Source of the DNA: Candidatus Uhrbacteria bacterium GW2011_GWC2_41_11
GTDB taxonomy: Bacteria; Patescibacteriota; Patescibacteriia; UBA9934; GWF2-40-263
Direction: 5' to 3'
NCBI GenBank assembly: GCA_000996355.1
Contig: LCAH01000001.1
Span: 85,958 to 149,957 of the forward strand
Length of the DNA stretch: 64,000 bases
Within the stretch, counting starts at the first letter, position 1, and each line of letters opens with the position of its first letter. Positions 27,968-36,631 of the stretch are shown here, piece after piece. Both the position numbers and the translations under genes were made by a program. The notes under the pieces were generated by a model. It searched no databases. It was not told the origin of the DNA and saw only the letters and a list, made by a program, of their open reading frames with translations.

Positions 27968-28849
27968 ATGAATGTATTTGATGAATCTCCTTCGGAAAGA
28001 CCTCTTTTTTTCCAGAAACGTTTTTTAATGATTGCAGGAGCAATGGTTGTTTTTATTCTTCTTATTTTTTTTGTCTGGAATGTCGTCTCACATCGAAATG
28101 AAACAAAACAACAGGAAGGTCTAGTAAAACAAGCAACTGCGGAATTGGAAAAAGCGCTTGCTCTATGTCAGAAGTCAGATGATCCAACCGGTTGTGCTCA
28201 AACAAAGATAGGAGAAACAGCTATACGTATTGGAGCAGCAATCATTTGTACAAAACTCGATGGGGAGGCAAAAGATAATTGTGTTTTGGGTACGGCTCTT
28301 GAACATGGTCAGATAAAGGATTGTGATTTGATGGAAGATAAAGAAGGAAAGACTTCATGTGAGGATGCCGTGTATCAGCGTCTTGCTTACGAAGAAAATC
28401 ATTTAGACTATTGCAATAAAATGGAGAGTTCTCTTGGAAAAGATCGGTGTTTAGATGGAGTGAGTTATCAAATAGCTGTTAAACAGGGATGCGGGGAAAA
28501 AACAGGAATCGAACCATCCGTCTGCGAAGCGATTCAGACGCTTGAAAGAGTTATCGCAAGTCAGGATCCTTCTCAATGTATGAATATATTTCAAGAAAAC
28601 GATCGTTCTGTTTGTTTGGAAGCGATTGGGTCAGGGGATCGTGACCATGATGATTTAACAGGGGATCAGGAAACACGTTTCGGAACAAGTGATACGAATC
28701 CAGATACAGACGGAGATGGTCTCACAGACAAAGATGAAATAATGGTGTGGGGAACGAATCCTCTTGTGTCTGATTCGGATGGAGATCATTTTACAGATGC
28801 CGAGGAAGTTCAAGGAGGATATAATCCGCTTGGCGCAGGACGTTTATAG
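27968..28849 (+). CDS. Membrane-anchored protein with a Cys-rich region and C-terminal thrombospondin type-3-like Ca-binding repeats (paralog 1 of 3)
   Basis: ATG 3 nt after the giant gene's stop. TM helix MIAGAMVVFILLIFFVW; C-terminus DTNPDTDGDGLTDKDEIMVWGTNPLVSDSDGDHFTDAEEVQGGYNPLG. Confidence 0.7.
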   Translation: MNVFDESPSERPLFFQKRFLMIAGAMVVFILLIFFVWNVVSHRNETKQQEGLVKQATAELEKALALCQKSDDPTGCAQTKIGETAIRIGAAIICTKLDGEAKDNCVLGTALEHGQIKDCDLMEDKEGKTSCEDAVYQRLAYEENHLDYCNKMESSLGKDRCLDGVSYQIAVKQGCGEKTGIEPSVCEAIQTLERVIASQDPSQCMNIFQENDRSVCLEAIGSGDRDHDDLTGDQETRFGTSDTNPDTDGDGLTDKDEIMVWGTNPLVSDSDGDHFTDAEEVQGGYNPLGAGRL

Positions 28850-28894
28850 GAATATACTTAAAAGAGTTATTTTTTACGATTGTGTTTTCTTTTT

Positions 28895-29557
28895 ATGTTT
28901 GAGAACGTAAAAAAAGAGCCTGAGGATATTTTTGCTGGAAGCGAAGGGGCTGTCCCGACTCCACCTCCTCCTGTTGCTCTTGCGGGTCAATCTCTTTCTT
29001 CTTCTCGGGAAATTTCTTCGTCCCCCATTTCATCGGAGCAAACCAGAGAAAAACAGACATCTCATTGGTCATGGAAAATGATCGGAATAGTTGGGATGGC
29101 AATTGTCATTGTTGCTGTGGCAGGCGTATTGTCTTCTCGAATTTTAGCAAGTCGTACAAAATCGTCAGATCGCGTTCCTTCTGTGCAAACAGACGAAGAA
29201 AAGATGCAAGAATTAAAAAAAGAGACAGAAAAAATACCAAAAACAACCTCTGAACAAAATAAACCTCAAGAACAAACGTCTGTTATTTTTCCAACTCCAA
29301 TTGTTGTTCCAGAACCAGACGCAGATAAAGATGGTCTTTCTGATGCACAGGAGGCAGAAATTGGAACGAGTCCAACAAATGCAGATACAGATGGTGACGG
29401 GTTGTTTGATCAGGAAGAGGTTGCTGTTTATAAAACCAATCCTCTGAACCCTGATACGGATGGAGATACGTATTTGGATGGAAAGGAAGTATCAAGCGGA
29501 TATAATCCAAATGGTTCTGGAAAATTATTTACTGTTCCAACAGAGGTTGCCCCGTGA
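28895..29557 (+). CDS. Membrane-anchored protein with thrombospondin type-3-like repeats (paralog 2 of 3)
   Basis: ATG at 28895 (the track's TTG at 28880 is the alternative). TM IGIVGMAIVIVAVAGVL; C-terminus PDADKDGLSDAQEAEIGTSPTNADTDGDGLFDQEEVAVYKTNPLNPDTDGDTYLDGKEVSSGYNPNG. Confidence 0.7.
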   Translation: MFENVKKEPEDIFAGSEGAVPTPPPPVALAGQSLSSSREISSSPISSEQTREKQTSHWSWKMIGIVGMAIVIVAVAGVLSSRILASRTKSSDRVPSVQTDEEKMQELKKETEKIPKTTSEQNKPQEQTSVIFPTPIVVPEPDADKDGLSDAQEAEIGTSPTNADTDGDGLFDQEEVAVYKTNPLNPDTDGDTYLDGKEVSSGYNPNGSGKLFTVPTEVAP

Positions 29558-29581
29558 TAAATACACGTCTTACATAGTGTT

Positions 29582-30589
29582 ATGCCGGATCGTTCTCTAT
29601 CAGTGATTGAAACTCCGGAAGAGGTAAACAAACATTCTGTTGATCCTCTTATTTTTACGATGCCTGAAAAGTATCGGGGGCTTGCCGTTACACAAAAATC
29701 AGTTACACAAAAAACAGTTGTTCCTTTTTCAGGGTCACCTGTTGTTTCTCCACCTGCACCTGTATCTCCGAAAGCTGTTCCGTCTCCACTTTTAAAATCG
29801 AAAATGGCACGATCAACAAAGATTTTACTTATTGCTGGCGGTGTTTTCATTCTGGGAATGGGAGGAACAGGTATTTATTTTGTTTTTTTACGATCTCAAC
29901 CTGCACAACAGCAGGAAATTGTCTCTAAACCGGTTGTCAAAGAACCTATAAAACAAGAACAACCGAAGCCAGTTGTTAAAGAGGAGCCGTCAAAGGAAAA
30001 AATACCTGTTTCGCCTTTTCCGAAAGAATTACTTCCTGGTCGTGATACGGACAGTGATGGATTAACAGATGTGGAAGAAGTTGTATTTGGAACCAATAGC
30101 GGACTTCCAGATTCAGACGCTGACGGATATCTCGATGGAAATGAAGTATCGCATGGATATAATCCAAAAGGAACAGCACCGACAACATTGCTCGAATCTG
30201 GTGCTATAAAAGAATATGCCGCACCTGGAGCCGTCTATCGTTTTTTTTATCCAATTGGCTGGACAACACGAACAGGAGAAATCGATCCGTTGCAAGTCAT
30301 ATTGGTTGTTCCAAGCGGGGAAACAGTGACGGTTACATTGGCGGCAAAAAATGTCACTCAATCTCTGATAGAGTGGTACACTCAAGCGCATCCTGAACGA
30401 CCAGGAACAGATTTTGTTTCAACAACCACAAAAAAAGGATACCCATCCCTTCTTTCGAAAGATCAAATGACTGCCTATGTGGATGCAGGGACAGTTGTGG
30501 CTGCGTTTTTCTATCAATCAGGAACGAAGACGACTCTGGATTATCTCCAGACATTTCAAATGATTTTGAATAGTTTGATTTTAAGTTGA
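29582..30589 (+). CDS. Membrane-anchored protein with thrombospondin type-3-like repeats plus an extra C-terminal domain (paralog 3 of 3)
   Basis: TM ILLIAGGVFILGMGGTGIYFVF; DTDSDGLTDVEEVVFGTNSGLPDSDADGYLDGNEVSHGYNPKG; then about 140 extra residues. Confidence 0.7.
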   Translation: MPDRSLSVIETPEEVNKHSVDPLIFTMPEKYRGLAVTQKSVTQKTVVPFSGSPVVSPPAPVSPKAVPSPLLKSKMARSTKILLIAGGVFILGMGGTGIYFVFLRSQPAQQQEIVSKPVVKEPIKQEQPKPVVKEEPSKEKIPVSPFPKELLPGRDTDSDGLTDVEEVVFGTNSGLPDSDADGYLDGNEVSHGYNPKGTAPTTLLESGAIKEYAAPGAVYRFFYPIGWTTRTGEIDPLQVILVVPSGETVTVTLAAKNVTQSLIEWYTQAHPERPGTDFVSTTTKKGYPSLLSKDQMTAYVDAGTVVAAFFYQSGTKTTLDYLQTFQMILNSLILS

Positions 30590-31068
30590 ATTCTGTGAAA
30601 ATTCAGGTCGAATGGAACCAATCACGTTTACGTGGTGGTCAGTGCTTACCGCATGTGTTTATCCAGCAAATGGTGGATAAAACGGAACAATATATTCATG
30701 GGAAAGGAAATAAATTCGTTTCTGTCGCGTTTGTTTCTCCCAAGGAAATACGTCGTCTGAATCGAGATTATCGTGGAAAAGATGTCGTGACAGATGTGTT
30801 ATCTTTTCCTCTTCATACGGATGTGTTGGCTGGGGAAGTTTTGATTTGTTTTGAACAAGCAAGACTTCAGGCTCAAGAACAAGGTCATGGTATCCGCAAA
30901 GAGATTGGTATTTTATTTGTGCATGGATTGTTGCATATTTTTGGGTTTGATCATGAAACGAAACAGGATCGAAAAAAAATGTTTCTTCTTCAAACGAAAA
31001 TTCTCGCTCAGGTAGGTATTTCTTGGAAGGATCCTTTTTCTGATGCGGAAAAGACAAAAAAAATATGA
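30586..31068 (+). CDS. ybeY: rRNA maturation endoribonuclease YbeY
   Basis: DVLSFPL and the His-triad motif HGLLHIFGFDHE; 4-nt overlap with the upstream gene. Confidence 0.88.
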   Translation: MNSVKIQVEWNQSRLRGGQCLPHVFIQQMVDKTEQYIHGKGNKFVSVAFVSPKEIRRLNRDYRGKDVVTDVLSFPLHTDVLAGEVLICFEQARLQAQEQGHGIRKEIGILFVHGLLHIFGFDHETKQDRKKMFLLQTKILAQVGISWKDPFSDAEKTKKI

Positions 31069-31436
31069 TTCAATTGAGCCGTCTTTTTCAGAGTTTTTGT
31101 CATGCAATGCGTGGACTGAAAATAATCTTTCAATCCGAACAGAGTTTTCGTATTCAAGTTTTTGCTGCTTGTGTTGTTGGAATATTCCTTTTTATGTTTC
31201 CACTTTCTAGGAGTCAGACTGTTGTTATTTTGTTTTTGATGGCCTTTGTTCTCATTCTTGAAATGATTAACAGTATTTTTGAACGTTTAGTTGATGCATT
31301 TAAACCACGTATTCATCCGGTCGTTGGAGAAATAAAAGATATTATGGCAGCGACGGTACTTGTCGCATCTGTTGTCGCAGCATGTATTGGACTTGTAATT
31401 TTTGGACCTCATTTTTTTCGCTTGTTTTTGTCTTGA
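31065..31436 (+). CDS. dgkA: Diacylglycerol/undecaprenol kinase family protein
   Basis: 123-aa, 3-TM protein with LEMINSIFERLVDAF matching the DgkA signature; overlaps ybeY by 4 nt. Confidence 0.8.
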   Translation: MIQLSRLFQSFCHAMRGLKIIFQSEQSFRIQVFAACVVGIFLFMFPLSRSQTVVILFLMAFVLILEMINSIFERLVDAFKPRIHPVVGEIKDIMAATVLVASVVAACIGLVIFGPHFFRLFLS

Positions 31437-31480
31437 AATTTACGTATACTTAAAAGACAGATTCCGTTTTTTAAACGCCT

Positions 31481-32743
31481 ATGTCGGAAGACGTGATTAT
31501 TGGTTTAGATATCGGTTCACACGCGGTTCGGGTGGCTGTCGGTCAACCTGTTCCAAGCGTGGAAGGAAAGACAAACCAAATGCACATTATTGGTGCAATA
31601 GAAGTTCCATCTGAAGGGATGAGCAGAGGAAATGTCTCAAGCATCGAAGATGCAGTTTCTTCAGTTTCAAAAGTATTGGAACAAACGGAACGTCTGACTG
31701 GATTACCGCTAAGTCGTGCTTGGGTGGGAATTTCAGGTACGCATATTATTGCTCAAGAAAGCCGGGGAGTTATTGGAGTGGCAAGAAGTGATGGAGAAAT
31801 TCGTGAAGAAGATGTTGAACGTGCGATTGAGGCAGCGCGCACAGTTGCTATGCCAACTAATCATGAAATTTTGCATGTGATTCCTCGAAGTTTTACCGTT
31901 GACGGTCAGAGAGGTATCAAAGATCCTGTAGGGATGAACGCGATTCGGCTTGAGGTGGATGCCTTGATTATTCAGGGTCTTAGTTCACAAATCAAAAATT
32001 TAACAAAGTGTGTTTATCGGACAGGATTAGATATTGAGGATCTTGTTTTTTCTATTTTAGCTACGGCAGAAGCAGTGGTGACAAATAAACAAAAAGATCT
32101 GGGGGTGTGTGTAATCAATATTGGTGCTTCCACCACCAGTTTGATTATTTTTGAAGAAGGAGACGTTCTTCATACCGTTGTTCTTCCCATTGGGTCTTCC
32201 CATATTACCTCTGATCTCGCCATTGGTCTTCGAACATCTTTGGATGTGGCAGAGCAGGTTAAAATTCGATACGGTCATGCCTTGCCTGAAGAAGTTGATA
32301 AAAAAGAAGAAATCAATTTAGCTGAACTTGGAGCCCAAGATGAAGAATATGTTGGACGACGTTTTATTGCAGATATTATTGAAGCACGTGTGCAGGAAAT
32401 TTTTGAGAAAGTTGATGCAGAACTTTCAAAAGTGGAACGATCCGGCATGCTTCCGGCCGGTGTTGTCCTCACAGGCGGAGGAGCAAAATTGGCTGGGATG
32501 CTTGAAACGGCAAAACGATCCCTTCGACTCCCGACATCTCTTGGAACGCCCATTGGTGTGACTTCAGTTGTGGAACGTATGAATGATCCAGCAATGAGCA
32601 CAGCAATCGGTCTCGTATTGTGGGGATATAATATTGCATCCTCGACTGAGAGTCATCGGTTTAGTGGAGTTTTTTCAAAAGTGAAGAATGTCAAAAAGAT
32701 GGCAAGTGGTCTTGGAAAGTGGTTTAAGTCCTTGCATCCATAA
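31481..32743 (+). CDS. ftsA: Cell division protein FtsA
   Basis: Actin-fold ATPase; N-terminal VIIGLDIGSHAVRVAVG; directly upstream of ftsZ. Confidence 0.92.
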   Translation: MSEDVIIGLDIGSHAVRVAVGQPVPSVEGKTNQMHIIGAIEVPSEGMSRGNVSSIEDAVSSVSKVLEQTERLTGLPLSRAWVGISGTHIIAQESRGVIGVARSDGEIREEDVERAIEAARTVAMPTNHEILHVIPRSFTVDGQRGIKDPVGMNAIRLEVDALIIQGLSSQIKNLTKCVYRTGLDIEDLVFSILATAEAVVTNKQKDLGVCVINIGASTTSLIIFEEGDVLHTVVLPIGSSHITSDLAIGLRTSLDVAEQVKIRYGHALPEEVDKKEEINLAELGAQDEEYVGRRFIADIIEARVQEIFEKVDAELSKVERSGMLPAGVVLTGGGAKLAGMLETAKRSLRLPTSLGTPIGVTSVVERMNDPAMSTAIGLVLWGYNIASSTESHRFSGVFSKVKNVKKMASGLGKWFKSLHP

Positions 32744-32921
32744 AAGTGATTTTTTTACAAGAAGCATATACAGACCCTGGGGATGGTTTGTGTATTTTTT
32801 TATTTGACAACTTTTTTTTTGCGACCTACAGTGTATACGATTTTTGCACAGTTGAGCGTAAAATTGACGAAAAAATGTATTCAAGAGGAATAAAAAAACA
32901 AATGCTTTGAACACTTTTTGT

Positions 32922-34214
32922 ATGGCTGAAGTAAAACCCGATATTGAGACGTTCGCTAAAATTAAAGTTTGTGGAATTGGCGGAGGAGGTGGAGCTGCTA
33001 TTAACCGAATGATTACGGATAAAATTAAAAGTGTTGATTTTATTGCTATCAATACCGACATTCAGGCACTTCACCACAGTCTTGCGTCTGTGAAGATTGC
33101 GATTGGAAAGACGGTGACACGCGGACTTGGAGCAGGAATGAATCCTGATCTTGGTCGACGGGCAGCAGAAGAAAATCAAAATGAAATTCGTAATGCATTG
33201 AATGGGGCAGACATGGTCTTTTTAACTTGCGGACTCGGAGGCGGTACCGGAACAGGTGCAGTGGGTGAAGTTGCCAAACTTGCAAAAGATATTGGTGCTT
33301 TGACAGTTGCGGTTGTGACAAAACCATTTGCGTTTGAAGGTGCACAACGTCGACGCATCGCGGAAGAGGGATTTAATCAATTGATTCAATACGTCGATAC
33401 AGTGATTACAATCCCAAATGACCGTGTTCTTCAAATTATTGATAAAAAAACATCGCTTATTGATGCGTTTAATATTGTTGATGATGTTTTGCGTCAGGGT
33501 GTTCAAGGAATTTCCGAATTGATTACCATTCCTGGTTTGATTAATGTGGATTTTGCAGATGTGAAAGCTATCATGGAAAATGCCGGTTCTGCCCTTATGG
33601 GTATTGGTCGTGCCTCTGGAGAAAATCGTGCAGTGGAAGCCGCAAAACAAGCGATCGCCAGCCCATTGCTTGAACTGTCTGTAGATGGAGCCAAAGGTAT
33701 TTTGTTTACGATTACGGGAGGCCATGATCTTGGTATGCATGAAGTGGCCGAAGCTGCGAAAGTAGTGACTGGCTCTGCAGATGAAGATGCAAAAATTATT
33801 TTTGGTGCGATTATTGATGAAGATTTGAAAGAAGAAGTTCGTATCACGGTTGTGGCAACAGGTTTTGATCATCATGAACGTCGGCGCGGTTCCGGATCTG
33901 TCGAAGTCCCTGTTCAAGGGACGTGGACACCGAGTGCATTTCTTCGTGTGCGTGAAGAAGAAGAACGAAAAGAACGAATACGACCAACTATTTCTTCATC
34001 AACGCCTTTATCTTCTTCTGTATCCTCTGTATCTTCTATCTCGCTTAAACCACGACCTATTTTTGAAGAAGCCCGTCCTATTTCAACATCTCAAGCAGTT
34101 GTTCATTCTTCTCCTCCACCTTCTATGCCAAAACTTGCACCAAAAGTGCAACCACCTCCAACAGAGGAAGAGGAATTAGAGATTCCGGCATTTATTCGAA
34201 AGAAAATGATGTAA
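32922..34214 (+). CDS. ftsZ: Cell division protein FtsZ
   Basis: Tubulin signature GGGTGTGAVGEVAKLAKDIGALTVAVVTKPFAFEG; long Ser/Pro linker; conserved C-terminal peptide EELEIPAFIRKK. Start taken at ATG 32922 (the track's TTG at 32907 is the alternative). Confidence 0.93.
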   Translation: MAEVKPDIETFAKIKVCGIGGGGGAAINRMITDKIKSVDFIAINTDIQALHHSLASVKIAIGKTVTRGLGAGMNPDLGRRAAEENQNEIRNALNGADMVFLTCGLGGGTGTGAVGEVAKLAKDIGALTVAVVTKPFAFEGAQRRRIAEEGFNQLIQYVDTVITIPNDRVLQIIDKKTSLIDAFNIVDDVLRQGVQGISELITIPGLINVDFADVKAIMENAGSALMGIGRASGENRAVEAAKQAIASPLLELSVDGAKGILFTITGGHDLGMHEVAEAAKVVTGSADEDAKIIFGAIIDEDLKEEVRITVVATGFDHHERRRGSGSVEVPVQGTWTPSAFLRVREEEERKERIRPTISSSTPLSSSVSSVSSISLKPRPIFEEARPISTSQAVVHSSPPPSMPKLAPKVQPPPTEEEELEIPAFIRKKMM

Positions 34215-34233
34215 ATTATAGTCAGAATATAAA

Positions 34234-34263
34234 AATCCCTGGAATTATTTTCAGGGATTTTTA
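34234..34263 (+). terminator. Rho-independent terminator after ftsZ
   Basis: aatccctg-gaattattttc-agggatt followed by tttaat. Confidence 0.6.
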
Positions 34264-34271
34264 ATAGTGTA

Positions 34272-34300
34272 TTGTAAAAAGAAAGAGAATTTGATATATA
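34272..34300 (+). promoter_or_regulatory. Sigma70-like promoter for the trpS T-box leader
   Basis: TTGTAA, 17-nt spacer, TATATA. Confidence 0.45.
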
Positions 34301-34306
34301 TGAATT

Positions 34307-34567
34307 GTTCGTTGAAAATATATAAATTCCTTGATATGAGTCCTTTGTCAAAAAAATGACAAAGGGTTGGGCTCGTGTCGCTCGAAAGAGCAGGAAGATG
34401 TTCGCGTCAGTGAACGTTCGGTATCCTCCGTTACCATGGGATAATCGATATCTTTGAACAGGAGTCGATGAGAGATTCTTCTTTATGAAGAATAACTAAG
34501 GTGGCACCGCGAGAAAACTCGTCCTTAGCACACAACATGTTTGTGTTTTAAGAACGAGTTTTTATTT
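34307..34567 (+). promoter_or_regulatory. T-box riboswitch leader upstream of trpS
   Basis: T-box core AAGGTGGCACCGCG at 34498-34511 (one mismatch from the AGGGTGGNACCGCG consensus). Right after it comes a long terminator hairpin, AACTCGTCCTTAGCACACAAC...GTTTGTGTTTTAAGAACGAGTT plus TTTATTT, at 34516-34567. A perfect 9-bp hairpin at 34342-34365 sits in the 5' part of the leader. The ORF begins 15 nt after the terminator. Confidence 0.75.
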
Positions 34568-34581
34568 ATGTTATTTTTTGT

Positions 34582-35586
34582 ATGAACACAAAAAAGAGAG
34601 TGCTTACAGGAGATAGACCAACAGGAAAACTTCATTTAGGTCATTATGTTGGATCTCTCCAAAATCGTCTAAGACTTCAATCCGAACACGAGCAAATTTT
34701 TTGTATGATCGCTGATTTGCAGGCTCTTACAGATCACGCAGATCATCCAGAAAAAGTTCGAAAGAATGTTTTGGAAATTACCATGGATAATCTTGCTGTA
34801 GGTTTGGATCCAGATAAAACAGTATTTTTTATTCAATCCCACATTCCAGAAATTGCGGAACTTACCGTGTTGTTCATGAATTTAGTTACGCTCGCACGTC
34901 TTAAACGAAATCCAACTGTGAAGGATGAAATGAAACAAAAAGGATATGGCGAGGATGTTCCTGCTGGATTTTTGGCATACCCAATAAGTCAGGCTGCAGA
35001 TATTTTAACTTTTCATGCAAATAGTATTCCTGTTGGGGAAGATCAACTTCCTGTTCTTGAACAGACGAATGAAATTGTGACAAAGTTTAATAGTCTTTAT
35101 GGAAATCTTTTTTCAAAAATCGAACCTGTTCTCTCAACAGTTCCAAGGCTTGTTGGTGTTGATGGTGGTGCCAAGGCAGGAAAATCATTAGGAAATGCTA
35201 TTTATCTCAGTGATTCAAAAGAGGAAATCATGAGAAAGGTGATGATGATGTACACTGATCCTGATCATATTCGTATGGAGATGCCAGGAAAGATTGAAGG
35301 AAATGTTGTCTTTACCTATCTTGACGTATTTGATCCAGATAAAGAAACTATGCAGATATTAAAAACAAAATACAGTCAAGGTGGACTCGGAGATGTCGAA
35401 ATAAAATATCGTCTTGTGGATATTCTTGAAAACTTTATTGCTCCTATAAGAGAAAAAAGAATTGAGTATGAGTGTCATCCAGAGATGGTATTGCGTATTC
35501 TTGAAGAAGGAACAAATAGAGCACGTGAAATTGCAAAAGAAACAATGTGTGAAGTGAAAAAAGCAATTGGTCTTGATTATTTTTGA
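34582..35586 (+). CDS. trpS: Tryptophanyl-tRNA synthetase
   Basis: Class I HIGH region GDRPTGKLHLGHYVGSL; KMSKS-like GAKAGKSLGN; size typical of TrpRS. Confidence 0.92.
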   Translation: MNTKKRVLTGDRPTGKLHLGHYVGSLQNRLRLQSEHEQIFCMIADLQALTDHADHPEKVRKNVLEITMDNLAVGLDPDKTVFFIQSHIPEIAELTVLFMNLVTLARLKRNPTVKDEMKQKGYGEDVPAGFLAYPISQAADILTFHANSIPVGEDQLPVLEQTNEIVTKFNSLYGNLFSKIEPVLSTVPRLVGVDGGAKAGKSLGNAIYLSDSKEEIMRKVMMMYTDPDHIRMEMPGKIEGNVVFTYLDVFDPDKETMQILKTKYSQGGLGDVEIKYRLVDILENFIAPIREKRIEYECHPEMVLRILEEGTNRAREIAKETMCEVKKAIGLDYF

Positions 35587-35592
35587 AAGATT

Positions 35593-36081
35593 ATGACGTA
35601 TCATCCAACGGTTAAACAAATTATTTCTTTGCTCACCGAACATGAATGTTGGTTTACAACATTTGAACATGAGCCAACGACAACGAGTGAAGAATCAGCA
35701 AATGTTCGACCAGAATACACGCTTCATCATGGAGCAAAAGCAATGATTGTTCGGGTAAAGATATCTGAAACAAATAAAAAATATGTAATGCTTGTATTTC
35801 CAGGGGATCATAAATTTGATCGTCAAAAAGTTCAGTATTTTTTTGAGGCAAAAGATGTTCGATTGGCAACTCCTGAAGAAGTGGGTGCACAAACCGGAGG
35901 AATACAGATTGGGGGTGTTCCGCCATTTGGTCAACTTTTTGGTATGGAGGTGATTGTGGATCCATCTTTGTTAGAGAACGAACAGATGATATTTAATGCA
36001 GGAGATCGTTGTTTTTCCATTGCGATGAGGACAGCGGATTATAAAAATTTGGTTCACCCGGTTATTGCGAAAATGATATAA
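35593..36081 (+). CDS. YbaK/ProX-type aminoacyl-tRNA deacylase domain protein
   Basis: Glycine-rich GGIQIGGVPPFG and surrounding YbaK-fold pattern. Confidence 0.7.
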   Translation: MTYHPTVKQIISLLTEHECWFTTFEHEPTTTSEESANVRPEYTLHHGAKAMIVRVKISETNKKYVMLVFPGDHKFDRQKVQYFFEAKDVRLATPEEVGAQTGGIQIGGVPPFGQLFGMEVIVDPSLLENEQMIFNAGDRCFSIAMRTADYKNLVHPVIAKMI

Positions 36082-36136
36082 GTCCATTGGAAAATGAGAA
36101 TCAAATCTGGTATACTGGAATTGATTTTTTATTGAT

Positions 36137-36631
36137 ATGCGGTGTCCTGCTTGTAACCACTCTGAGACAAAAGTTGTTGATTCGCGCATGTCTGCTGATG
36201 GGGCGAGTATTCGTCGTCGTCGAGAATGTGAGGCGTGTGATTTTCGTTTTTCCACCATGGAAGAAATTGAATTACTTGATTTGGCTGTGATTAAACGTGA
36301 TGGGAGAAAGGAAGTCTATGCACGTGAAAAATTAGTACGAGGTTTAGAAAAAGCATTAGAAAAACGACCGTATGTGGCAGGAGATTTACAAAAACTTGTT
36401 CATAAAATTGAGCGAGACATTCAAAAAAAACATCACGGGGAAATGACAAGTCGAGATATTGGAGAAATAGTCATGAAACATCTGCGCGGATTTGATAAAA
36501 TTGCTTATATTCGTTTCGCGTCCGTGTACCGCTCATTTGAGGATGTACAAAAATTTGACCGCGAACTTCGAAAATTATTAGCGGGTTCCAAAAATGTTTC
36601 CAAAAGACGTGGGTTGTTATCAAAATCTTGA
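36137..36631 (+). CDS. nrdR: Transcriptional repressor NrdR
   Basis: Zn ribbon MRCPACNHSETKVVDSR...RRRECEACDFRFST followed by an ATP-cone. Confidence 0.92.
   Translation: MRCPACNHSETKVVDSRMSADGASIRRRRECEACDFRFSTMEEIELLDLAVIKRDGRKEVYAREKLVRGLEKALEKRPYVAGDLQKLVHKIERDIQKKHHGEMTSRDIGEIVMKHLRGFDKIAYIRFASVYRSFEDVQKFDRELRKLLAGSKNVSKRRGLLSKS

Noticed and set aside
33222-33917. 231-aa minus-strand ORF
   Set aside because: Antisense to ftsZ, whose tubulin signature makes the + strand unambiguous.
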